NCBI RefSeq assembly: GCF_964355755.1
Contig: NC_092674.1
Location: 8,494,001 to 8,558,000, forward strand
Length of the DNA: 64,000 nucleotides
Direction of reading: 5' to 3'
Origin: Antedon mediterranea
Lineage: Eukaryota > Animalia > Echinodermata
Shown here: positions 36,401 to 49,190 of the stretch, piece after piece
Position numbering within the stretch: the stretch's first letter is position 1
Layout: each line of letters starts with the position of its first letter
Notes under the pieces: model-generated
What the model was told of the DNA's origin: nothing
The model's input: only the letters and a program-made list of their open reading frames with translations
The model's database searches: none
Position numbers and translations under genes: made by a program

Positions 36401-39400
36401 TTTAATTACATCTACATCTATTTTTATTTCATTTTATAGAAAATAACAAATAAAAGTGTATATGAATAATCCATGGTTTATTCAATTTGTTTATGTTCTG
36501 CAAATGAATCTTATTGATTGATTTTATTTTTTATTTTGTTGTAATTTATGTCTCCCCTCATCCCTCTGCTCTCTTTAAACGGTAGACTACTTGTACCGTA
36601 ATGTATTATGACCAGGTCGGTAAAATCTGTTTGAGCTTGAATACAATCAAGACCGAAGAGTTACTATAGGACTGAGTCGTAACAGGAAGGGGAAAGTATG
36701 TGGTGCGTATGAGCAGGAGGGAGAGTAGGTCACAATAGACGTAAAAGTGGGATAATTTAAAAGGGATGAAGAGTACTTGAGTAGGCCTATTAGTAGACGC
36801 GATCTAGACTGGTTAGTCGGTCCCTTACTTAAGCATGGTTCCCACTAGAACTCAACGCAGCGACGTATCGACGCAAAGTGCTGTAGGGCCTATATTGCGT
36901 AATCACAAGTGGGAACCGACGACGCAATAGTGCTGCAAATATCACAGGTCTGATTTCACGCAGGCGGGGGAAAACAAAATTATTAGAAGGGCATTTGCTT
37001 ACGTTGCGTAGGTACAGCGCTACATTGCGTCGCTAGTAGGAACCACGCTTAAATCACACTGATTTTGTAGCGCAAACAAACTGTTCCCTCCCCTTATTTT
37101 AAACAAGGTTGCTAATTTAGCGATACACTTTAAGCATAGTAACATCAGTTAGACGCGTCAACGATTGCATATTTGCACGCTGGGTAATTACTTACAGACG
37201 TCACAGTTTTGTTGAAATCAGTTAACGTGATGATTACATACTTCCATGTCTTCACAGGCAAATGGCTCGACGCCATTATAGAGTTATAATGCCCTCGATT
37301 TGATATTTTACTTTATGCGATCTGGAAATATCAAATTAAGCTACATATTCCAATGCTGTTACATTGTATTATTATTATGATAGGCCTACTTCCTCGCAGT
37401 CGACTTAGATTGACTCTATCATACATCCCTGCAGTGAAACGACTTATTCAAATACTATAGTGTTACTATACATGGTTTAATGTTGAAATATGACATGTAT
37501 TTATGTTTATGACTTTGATGTTCCCAGATGCAAGAATAACTTTTTCCACTACGGCTATACCATAATTTTGGATGTGTAGAAATAAAGGTTATATTTTTTA
37601 TTTCCTGATTTTACTTCTTATAAAATGCAAATAACATTAAATGTAAAAATAAATTACCTTTAACAAACTGTGTAAGCGTGTGAGGCTAATTAGTAACTAA
37701 CGATTCTTCGTTAGAAATAAAATAAACAGTAATTTAATTTAGCATAACAATGTATTTACATTCCGATATATTTTCTATTAACTGCTGTATACTTTTCGAG
37801 AAGATACACCTACCGTACCTTAACATTGGTTCACACTAGGACGCAATGCAACGCGTTGCGCGTACTTCTTTGTATTATTATGTTGTAGTGGGAACTAACC
37901 AAAATGATAAACATACTTACCCAGTTTTTGAAAATGTTGCCCATAGATTCATCATTTTTTTGCTAAGTCCCTGTTCTTCCTCAGTAAAATTTTGACCCTC
38001 TTGTAAAGGTTGACCAAACACAAATGCAATCTCCTCACCATGTATAGCACCCATCCACTGGTGCCATGGACTAAACTTAGGCCGCTGCATAAAATAGTAC
38101 GAGTGTACTTTACTTCCGTCTTGAGTTGCGTAATCTAGGCCAAAATCATACACTGGACACTTGATATTATAATCTCCCATCCATTCATCGGTAGCATCTC
38201 TAAACATTTCCCTATTATCAATATCTATCCAGTTAGTGTACTGAAAAGCAATGGCGTCTATTTCAAATGAATTCGCCTGTGGAAGTTCTTTTACAATTAT
38301 ATCTCTGAATTGAGTTTGATTCACACCATCTGGTTGGTCTCTTTTAAAATAATCTTGCAGGTAATACACCATGTAATAAGAAGCTTCGTTTAAATTAGCT
38401 CCGATCATAATTGCTGTTGATTTTGCAAAACCCTTCTTTAGCATCATTTCTGGAGTATCTCTTATGAACACTCCATCCACAACAGGCCCAAACGGAAACA
38501 CATATACGCCATAGTCTACCCATTCATGTTCAACAATCGTTTCTGGGCTCAGGCCTCGCATACATTTCATTATTTCAGATACGTTATTTTTATTCCCATT
38601 CTTGCTGTAACAATTGACCTCTTGTATTAGCTTCATTCCTCTTCCATATGCCACGTCTTTTGTCAGAACTGCCCAAGGAGTTGTTGGTGAGCCACTTTGT
38701 AGGATTGCACGTTTAAAATAAGAAGTACTAATATTCGAAAATAAGTGAAAGCCTACACTCACGGCGCCTGCACTCTCCCCAAATATAGTTACCTTAGATT
38801 TATCACCCCCAAACATTCTTATATTGTTATTAATCCATTCCAATGCCATTTGTTGATCCCAGAGGCCGTTGTTTCCAGGAACTGTGTCATTCAAAGCTAA
38901 AAATCCAAGTGCTCCAAGTCTGTAGTTTAAGGACACGACAACAACGTCTTCAGTGGCAGAAAGTATAGCTCCGTCATATACGTCAATTGCAGTAGCTCCG
39001 GTGACAAATCCACCGCCATATATCCACACCATTACATGTTTCAATCCCCTCTCTTGACCCTTCTCAGGAACCCAAATATTCAATGATAAACAATCCTCAC
39101 TTAAGTTAGTTTTTGGATTCCACATTTCGGCACCGCTAAAGTCTGGATACATTGTGTCTTTTAGCTGATAACAACTGTATCCAAACGTAGTGGCGTTGAT
39201 CACTTCTCCCGTGTCCTTTCTTGGTTTTGGAGGCATAAACCTATTTTCTCCAATTGGAGGCTCAGCATATGGAATGCCTAGGTATGTATATACACTTTTC
39301 TGTTGCACCATCCTTTCAAAACCTCGCACAGTGCCGCTAGTTGTTCTTACTTCCAGTTTTCGAGTAAACGACGCCATGTTGGTTGTCAAGCACATTGCAA

Positions 39401-39437
39401 TGACAACCAACGTAGACAACTGGATTTTAATAGACAT
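33446..39437 (-). CDS. ACHE: Acetylcholinesterase, T (tailed) form, about 612 aa
   Basis: Exons 39437-37921, 34517-34354, 33603-33446. Signal peptide; EMWNP (W84), YGGGF oxyanion hole, FGESAG (catalytic Ser), NLNEASYY (Glu), MGAIHGEEI (His); CALWSKFLPKL; last exon ADINESEMEWKKEFHLWSSEYMVAWKAEFNNY...C is a WAT tetramerisation domain. Confidence 0.93.
34928..35224. mobile_element. Kolobok-like MITE
   Basis: TTAA on both flanks; TIR AGATATATTGTCACCCT / AGGGGACAATACATCT. Confidence 0.7.
36832..37049. mobile_element. MITE family B copy
   Basis: TIRs and B core, in an ACHE intron. Confidence 0.88.
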
Positions 39438-42400
39438 TTTGTGGCGGAGTCTGAAATAATAGAAAAACCAAGTATAATTTATTTCATGTATACATTGGGC
39501 ACCTTAAAAACTGTTTTTGCAAAAGTTTTTATACCTGATGTTTTGAAATATTGACTATCACAAAATACCAGCCAATTGAGCAGGTGCTCTTGTAACATAT
39601 ATTGTTAATTATATTGTATACACTGTAAAATGTAAGTAATTCTTCGGCTTAACTACCGTGAACGACTTTAATAATACACCGCATATTATACTGTGTATTT
39701 AATTTATGAAAGAAAATGTGATACAGTATGTGAATTGTTTGTCAACAGTTTTCGTGTAATTAAATAAAATTCATGAAATTGTTTGGTCTACTTAAAATGG
39801 AAATTCATTTTTTTGACATAATTAAGACAATAAGTGACAATAAACTACAAGAAAAATACAACAAATTGCACAAACGCTGTATAGGCTATGTTAAAATATG
39901 GTTATTAGGCCAATGTTAAAATACAATTGTTGTCTCTGATATTCAATTTTTCTTATTTATTATTTTAAGTAGTAAATTGTATTAGTTTAAATGTATGTGT
40001 ATTGTTTCTAGGGTCTTTCGCGAGACATGAAACTTGGTTTCTTCTAGAGAAGACCCCAAATGATGGCTTATTACCATGTTTTCATTTATGTACACACCTA
40101 TATATTATACTGTATAATGCCATTGTTGAACAAATAAATGTTTTTTAAACTTGAACTATTGTACTCAAAATTCTGCTTAGGACCAAGAGAGCCACTTATT
40201 GCAGAGGGCCAGCACAAGGAGTTGATTCCCCTTGTTGAGTGTACTGATTCAGTTCAATATCAATCACTAGGCCAACGACGTAACGTCTCATCTTAAGAGC
40301 GATACAATTAGATATAATCATGCTGTGCAAAGCAGCAATATATCCTAGGTAGGTATAGATATGTCTAACATTCCTGTACAATTATTTATAATTACGCTTA
40401 AAACGCGCCTTGTGCAAATTATATTTTCAATCAAATTGTATAATCTTATGAAAGCGATCTTGTGCAAGTATGTCGGAACTCATTAACAGACAAGAGTGTT
40501 TTAACAGTTTTTATAAACGTGAATAAGGCGTGAAAGCACACCTAAGTGCAGGTCGTAATTAAACATGAAATAGTGTGAGCAATGAATGAAAAAATCAATT
40601 ACAAGATTATTGAGTTTCATACTATAACCCTGGATATGAAACATGAACCGAACCAATTCTTACTAACCGAATAATCCATGGGTTAAAACATTCATAACTA
40701 TTGATATTAATAATTATATTACTAATGCAAATAATGATAACATATTTATGCTGTAACTGAGGCTCATTTAAATTAAGTTGTATATAAAAATATATATAAT
40801 GCAACATTAAATCTAAACCAAAATGATTACAACATGAATAAACTAAATATATTTAATACCAATGGATTAATAAATATTATAATATGAAACATATATTTAA
40901 AACTCGCTGCAACGAAAATCTTTCAATTAGAAATGATTTAGTGCTCTAGACGCCATATCAAGAGTTTTCTGTCACTGATTTAATGGACAATTACTTTTGA
41001 CTATACTTACCATGAGGAGACAAACGGGAGCTACAGATAACCACATATACGGTAGTTTTCAAATAAAAAATAAAGTAGCCGAACCCGATATATTCCTATG
41101 ATACTCTGGAAAATAATGTTTTTACAAATACAGCACTGAGAATTGGGTAAAAGTAGACAAGGTATAGGCCATTTGGTACGCACAATTTAGAAATCAAGTG
41201 CACCTAAACCAAACAATATGCCATCTACTCGCGTCTCTACCTTAACAAAGGTTTTTTATTTCAAAATTTTTTATTTTACTTATGTATTTTTACTTCTTAT
41301 TTTATATTCTTACTATGTATATCTTACTCGTCATACTTGATTATGTTTATTGTATCTTTTCTGGTGGGTAAGCCTTAAAGTTCTTTGAACTTATTTGCCC
41401 ACCAGCCACACATCTTTCTTGTATATATATATATATATGTTTATTGTTACTTAATTATCATATTAATTTTGTGTGAAAAATCAATAAAAACAAAACAAAC
41501 AAACAAAACAAACCGTGAATATCCGTAAACCATATAAAATATAACACTGTTTTTATGCTTTTTGATTTATATTTTATCATTCATTCCGTTTAGTTAAATA
41601 CTAGACTAAAAAGAAGCACAGAAAGAATTACCGAAATGAACCAAAAGTTCTTACACTTTGAGAAACAACGTGCATACTGTACTGGTAAAAAGTATATATA
41701 TTATCGACAAATTAGTTTGTAGATTATATGAAATTATATATAACATAATACGGAAGAATTGTATTAAAATTGTTGCGAATTATAATTGGAAGTTTAGCCA
41801 AAAGCAATCAAACTTAAGATGCAAATCGGTTTGCCTGGCTATAAATGCATCATATAATATCTGTGGTCTGTCTTGTATTACAGGTCGTTCCATGTCAATA
41901 GAAAGGTCTCTTGTGGCGAATTGTTGATTTCAAGTTATGTTCAATAATTATCTTGTTGGCCTTTGCAATTTGTTTACCAACTTACGTAATATGATAAGGA
42001 AAACGGTAAGCGAAGGTTGCAAGCCTGCACTCATTACCGATCGATAGTCATTAATACCCGTTTATATACTAGGATAAAAACGATCGACGATAAAAAGATA
42101 AATTACAGTATTCTTTTTTTTCTGTACAGAAAACAAAAGAAATTAGAAAATTAAAAAACGTCCACGAAAATTAAGGATGCGCAAACATTTTGGGCTTTAT
42201 AGTATTGTATAGTACTAGGATGAAAACGTTGGTTTTCAGTAGAAAACAAAAGTTTATTATCTATTTATCATGCGTAATATGCGGGCCTTACTGTTGAACT
42301 AGAACTAATATCATGAAATTACTTAGAAAAGACCAAACAAGTGAGATTCTTCTTTAGCTTAGTATACCAACTTTTACATGAATTATTGTATTCACACTAT

Positions 42401-44278
42401 AAAGTAAAAATCTTTCAATCGATAACATTTGATACATTTTAGTGTTAATGACGTCATAATATACCAATCAGATTGTGAATAAATTGCTGTCCACCTACTC
42501 GAAAAAAAACTTGTGTTTATAGTATACTATCTGTTTTTACATGCCGGTAACATTCCTCCTCCGTCTCTATAAATTCCTCTATTGTACCGTATGTTACTCA
42601 AAAGAGAAGAGATGTAGATATAATATTATTAAGAATTATTGCATAAGGTACCTATTATTATGTACGGTATAAAGTGGTACAATTTATGTCATAGAGAGAG
42701 CGTTTATCAATGCAAATTTTTACTATTGCCCGTATCCGTACACATTGGGTGTAACAATATATAAAAATATATAAATACTGGATTTTAAACTACATTTAAA
42801 ATCACCCTTTCCTATAGTAAGATATATTGATAATATTATAATATTAATATTATCATTACTTCATGTATCGGTAAAAGGCATCTATAGGCATATAGGCATA
42901 TACAGTAGACATACAACAGATGTCAAATTATTATATCAACTAGCCTGATTTGAAGTCGGTCAGAAGGAGGTTAAAGTGGGCCTATGAACATACTTTAGGA
43001 CCTACTTCTAAACTTTCTACAGTCACTATTAGAAACATACATTAGCAAAATTTAACTAGCGTTAACCATTTTGATATGCACTGGCTTACCTTTCGTTTCT
43101 ATCAGAAAAGCCCCGTGAAGGGTCCCTTACTCCCTGACACCAAAACACTTTCGTTGCTTTCAGAGACGGATTCTGTTGTGTTTCTCTTCAGCGCAGTATC
43201 CTTTCTAATCTGGCGAAGTAATTAAGTACAGCGCCACCCTGTCAACTCGGATATAATAATCAGCGTATGAGATTGATATCATTTTTTTCTTAGAATGAAT
43301 GTATGATGACGGTGGGAGACATCTGTTTATGAATTGATGATGCTGTCTAAATACTCATTATATTTTGACAGTATACTAACCCAGTACTGAGTATGTTAGG
43401 CAGCCTCGTAGCTAGAGGGCTTTTGCGATCGAACCCACCTATACAGTAAGATACGAGTGATTTAAGACTAACCATGTTTGTGACATAGCGATGCAAAAAA
43501 ATTGTATGCATAGTTCTGATATAATATTCTGATGTAAATCTGCACTTATAGTCTCTGATAACCCATATAATCTTATATGAACCCCTTTTAATTTGAAGTA
43601 ACAAACTTGTTTAATATGTTTGAAGTGTTTTAGTAGGGCTTCAGCTTGATGGATATTTCTTTATTATTTCAATGTCCTAATTCTTCAGGTAACTTGTGTA
43701 CCAGTTATATCGTGTACAATTTAAATGTTACCGTATTTTGGTGAGTCAAGTTCAACAAGAAATTTAGAAATAAATCCGTTATGACTTACGTACAGTTACC
43801 TAGATACAAGATACAAGACTACTTTATTGTCAACATTTTACAATTTTGAGATAGATCATTAAATAATACTAAACAAAATTACCGGAAGAGGGATACAAGT
43901 TTCCAGACTATACTAGAAAACCTGTTTGAAATAGACCTATTTAAGTTCCATTAACAATTTTACTAATTGTTAAATATCTATGCTACGTGTATCAATCATC
44001 AATGGCGTTTATTAACTACCTGGTCTTGCACAGATAATGTATTATCAAGTATGGTACTTAAAATAATATTTATTACCATCGTATAGCCGCTCATTCTTTC
44101 TGGATAATGTGTCAGTTATAACACCAGAGTATATTAATCTATCGTTTAAATAGATAACACGACACTTTTGACTTACTGAAGCCGGTTGTAATGTATTTAC
44201 CTTCTAACGAATAATTACAAATGATTAGTCTACAATTGGAAAGAATAGTAGTGGTAGTAGTAGTGTAGTACGGTTTAG

Positions 44279-44400
44279 TATGATGTGCCTAAATATGGTA
44301 GTGATATACTCAAATATGGTAGTGATATGACATCATCATGTCCATATATGGGCACATCACATTTTTTTGTCACATAAAGTTTGATAGTGTAGACAAGGCT
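44279..44400. mobile_element. MITE family C, partial copy
   Basis: AAATATGGTAGTGATA x2, C core and GTTTGATAGTGTAGACAAGGCT end; similar copies at 47840-47932 and 52962-53081. Confidence 0.8.
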
Positions 44401-46764
44401 TAAATCATCATCATCATCATCATCATCAAAATATATTATTATTAAATCATACATCATACATACGTCATTCCATCATTTTGGATATTTTAGTATCTTAATT
44501 AATTAAACAATACAAGGTAATCTAAGTGGTAAGAAGTGTGTTTTCTAAAATATAGCTTTACGTCGGTCTCCGAATAGGCTATCTTTATTCCCAGGTCAGC
44601 AATAAAGATTACGTATACACAAACAACCAGTGAATGTATGGTTAGAATTAGAAAGGTAATGTTGATGACGTGTTAATTAGTCAGTTTTATACAGTTTTAG
44701 AATTAGATGATCAATGACGTAAGATCTGGATATGGAAAAATAACTGCATACTCATTTTTAGTCAAAATACAATATTTTAATATTTGAATATTTTTTTCAT
44801 TTCATTTCATTTATTTTTGTTCCTTTAAAAATACAATATAAAACGAACATCATACATTTCTTTATGTACTGTCTGATCATAATACAATTCAATCTATATG
44901 TGTACAGATTGCACGTCTGCCTACTCACCCACTTGAGTTTATCTTTGCCATTTTATCTTTTAATGTCGTACGTACCACGTTCAATAGCCCCCTACTATTG
45001 GTTGTTCTAATGCACTGACATGTTATATTCAATAATGGTTCTATTTTATGTTCATTTTGAGAAGTTTGTGCAACGCAAGGCTGATTGAGCGTTCGAAAAC
45101 CAGTGTGCGCTGGTAAGTGTTTTGTTCCGAGCCAATTTACGTTTACAGTACCAACTCCAATAGCATAGTGGAATACCTCATTTGGGAACCACTATTCAGT
45201 AGAGACCCCTATTAAGGGGGCACTTCTTGTGAAACGAATAAAGGGGTATATGTTTACCAATATGACCAACTCCTATTGGGTGGAAACGTTTTTTGCAGAT
45301 TCCCAAAGGTGTCCCCTTAATAGAGAATCTTCAATATAAATATATGCATAACTTTTCAATTATCAAATAGGATGGGTGTACGGAATTGCGCGTAATGCTC
45401 TTCTCAGTGGAAATATATACTTCACAGTAATATGTTCTAGACTTTAATATAAATATATTATTCTATACATTCCAATATACAATTAAACCAGATAGTTGTA
45501 TGGGAATTGAACGTCTGTAATGCTCCTTCACTGGAGACATAGATGAATACCTGTTCTCCTAATGTGCTACTCTGATTGACGTATAATGACCAATTTCGAT
45601 TTCTTGAGCAGCTCCTCGGATTTGTGCAATCGACAAATTGTTTTAAGCGAAGGCGAAACGAGCCAATTTCAATTGATTGCTCACCAGATTCAATCTATTT
45701 ACTGAATGTCAACTTCAATTTTGTAAATCAAGTTAAATAATATTCTTTACCAGTATCGCATATTTTAACTTCATGCTTGCTATAGGCCTATCACTCTTAC
45801 ACTATAATTCCTTAGCCTAAATTTAGGGCGATAAAAATGGAAACACCCGGCGTTGTTAATAACGATTATGCATGGCGGATGATTTTGTCATTTTGGTGGT
45901 CATATTGCAGTATGATTGATATAATATTCAATTAAATTAAAAAATATTATCCCACGGGGAAAATAATTGAATGTGTCTATATATGGTAACATAGGCCTAA
46001 GGAGCTGAGCAGAGATATTTATCTTATTTCTTACTACCGATTTGTTCTTTTTATGATAAACGGTCGTGAAAGAGCCCCAATGACGTATCAAGTTCAAATA
46101 CCGTGCCAGTTTTATACGTACAAAAAATGTAACATTACTCTATCATAGTAGTGTCAAACCCCGACATGTACAATATGAATAGGAGTGTAAACCCCGACAC
46201 TCATAATGTAATATTTATGTCAATCAGTAATTCCATCGATCATTTATGCCACAAATGTTGCTGTAATTCAAGATTATTATATAGCTAATGTTGTGATTTT
46301 TATCGGTCGGCTGCAGAATAATAAATTCGCGCCAATGTTTGATTTATTTCTTTCAGAAAAATAAGAAGTCTCATATATTACATTATGTTACTTTGATTTA
46401 TTTTTCTACATATTAATTTCGTGAAAATATATTATATAATTATATTATTGTTATGGCGTCATAGTTTATAATGTTTAAAATTACTCTTTCCTGATGTGCG
46501 AGTGTTACGAAGCAAGAAATAACATTAACGGAGGAGAGAGATGCAATATGCTAGGCTGGTAACAATGAATTATGATGTGTATGAAAAATGAAATACATTA
46601 TCCAATTAAGTGTTTGGTCTAATTGAAATGTTTAGCCTTGACGTTTAAATATTCTTAGAAATCAAATATTTTGAGCGTTTTGAACAAAAAAAACAGCGTT
46701 AATTTAGATGAGTGCAAAGCACGTTGTAGCAACAAAATTAAACGTATAACAATTATAATTCCTT

Positions 46765-46990
46765 ACCTGTTTTGGTTTAACCAGCGAAGCTCCCAGGCAA
46801 AAAACGATTCGCTCCGGGCCAGCGCAAGAGGCACTCTAACCTTAATAACGCTAGCTTCCACGGTCTTCGAACACCATTAAGTAATATCGATTTGCCGCAC
46901 AAATTACCAACCGTAGTTAGCTACTAATGATCCGCTGAAAAAAACGCATTGATTGGACCAGATCCTCGCCAAGAACAACAGCCAATCTCC
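46765..46990 (-). promoter_or_regulatory. Candidate distal non-coding first exon and promoter of ACHE
   Basis: GC-richer island ending in minus-strand donor CAG|GTAAGG near 46765; two oppositely oriented CCAAT boxes near 46952 and 46982; the ACHE ATG has an acceptor 13 nt upstream, so a 5' UTR exon is expected. Confidence 0.4.
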
Positions 46991-49190
46991 ACTTATGTTC
47001 GTTCTCCTTAAAATGTTTACATATATCCTTCAATCATAACTATCATGAATGGATTTTTTTTTATTCGATAAGTGTTTCTTTTCTTTGATTATATTGTAAA
47101 TAAATTGTTATATTGAGATGTAACTGAGTGGATTGTTTCGTTTAATTTCTGATAATTATATAATTATAATATATACAAAAAAAAGTATAAGCACTTATTG
47201 GAAATTTCCCTTGATGCTTTACTGTAATTTTCACGACGTGTCATCACAGTACGTTGGAAAGTTGATTTTTTTTTTTCTTATACAAAAAATGAATTTTACT
47301 GAGGGGTTTGGGCTGAGACCACACTCTCAGGTTAGGGTTAATAGCACGTTATAGAATGTTCAATTGATTTTGTACCATTTTGGCTACATTTTTAAAATAG
47401 CATTTTTACTTCGAAATGTAATATTTTGTATGTTAACATTTTATTGTAAATAAATAAAGGAAATAAATAAATCAGTAAAAATAAATAGTAAATAGTACAA
47501 TAAACATTGTGCACCGAGACATACTTTACTGCATCGTTCTTTAACGATGTTGTGGCCAAAGGCCTTTACATCGATCGCGTACGCAACGGGTTAAAGCAAG
47601 ATGTTACGCAGAGAGTAGCGTTCTGGTGTAACCATCTCATTTTGTCTCTCTATCAAAAATTTACACCGTGTCTTGCATACATATAGTGACCTATCTAGGC
47701 CCACCTATAGGGTGCATTATCGACGTCATAATTTTTCTAAAAGAAATTGACAATTATTGCAGTCTGACACACCCATTTTTTAATATCATTATTAATTTTG
47801 TTATTCTTTTTGAACTTAAGTTTTACCGCAAGCTTTTGTTCCCAAATATGCTAGTGATATGACATCATCATGTCCATATATGGGCACATCAAATGTTTTT
47901 GTCACATAGAGTTTGATAGTGTAGACCAAGCTTAATACAGTTTAACATATTATGTATCACATGTGGCGTCTGTATACGGTTAGATTTGGCTTATGTTCTA
48001 GGATATAGGTGAAACTGTATCACAGAATTCGCCAATGATACTGTCAATTCACTCAACTTATCTAATAATGTTCTGCCATGATGACGTCATTTGTTTGAAA
48101 TCCTTCAACATTCATCGTTCAGCAGCCCACAATTCCATCTCACGTATCATCACTTAATTAATTATTCTATTGTAATCTAACCAGACAATTATCATGTTTA
48201 GTTTATTTCACTTTATTGATGTTGTACATGATGAGATTAAATTAATACTCGTCTTTGCCCCAGGCCAGCAATTCCTTTTTTTTTCTAAGCTTGATGCTCT
48301 CTTAAATTAATGTAAAGTATTTTGCTCTTGAGCTGTGCAATTGTAAAATGGTACCACCACTATCAGTAATCAAGCTGGGATCGGTGTTCATTGATGCGTA
48401 ACCAATACGTAACATAGGTAACTAATATGTAACATTATACATTATAATTTCAATCGAGCTATTTCTTATGAATGACATGCGGGTGTGATATCACAACACA
48501 TAAAATGCACAAGAAATATTAACGTATCTAAATATATTAATTTATTGCACAAATTTTAGCAACACGTATTTAAAACTAGAAGATCTTCTATCAAAACAAC
48601 AGTATGTTGTAACCAATTTGGTATCGTCATTGTTAAATCTATCTACAAAAACTTCGTCTCCTTCATTCATATATCTTATCTATAAATATGCCCTTTGATT
48701 AATTGTAGTACAGGCCTATTAACTATTTAATATCAGGCCTTATCAAAAATCGTATTATAGAAAGCACACAATTTGTTTATTTTATTGCACATTTCAATTC
48801 AAATTTTAATCAAACTGTTTAAAAAAACTGATACATCATAATGCTAATGCTAAAAATTACAACAAACATACGTTGATAGTTTATCATAGTTGAGGTCGCT
48901 ATAATATAAAATACCAGATTGGAAAATTTAATATAATAGAGGTCGCTCCATCATTTTTTTCACATCTTATGGATATTTACATGAAAACGTTATTACCTTC
49001 TACTATTAGTTACAGTACCTCAACAACGATACACTTTAGTTTGTTTTTAATTCAGAAGTTCACTGCAAATGATCTCCAAAATACATTTTTCAAACCATTC
49101 TACTCTTTATCAAAATGTTTTGTTTTTGTTTTTCAAGGTAATTACGTCAAAACACTATTTTTTTTAAATTTAAGGACATTACCCATTATA

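Noticed and set aside
43187-43240. Possible RE1/REST site near an ACHE upstream exon
   Set aside because: Half-sites are imperfect and spaced far beyond canonical RE1 spacing.
48250-48422. VTYWL-containing stretch resembling an alternative cyclase last exon
   Set aside because: Not in phase with the nearest acceptor and lacks the GKG context; likely chance.
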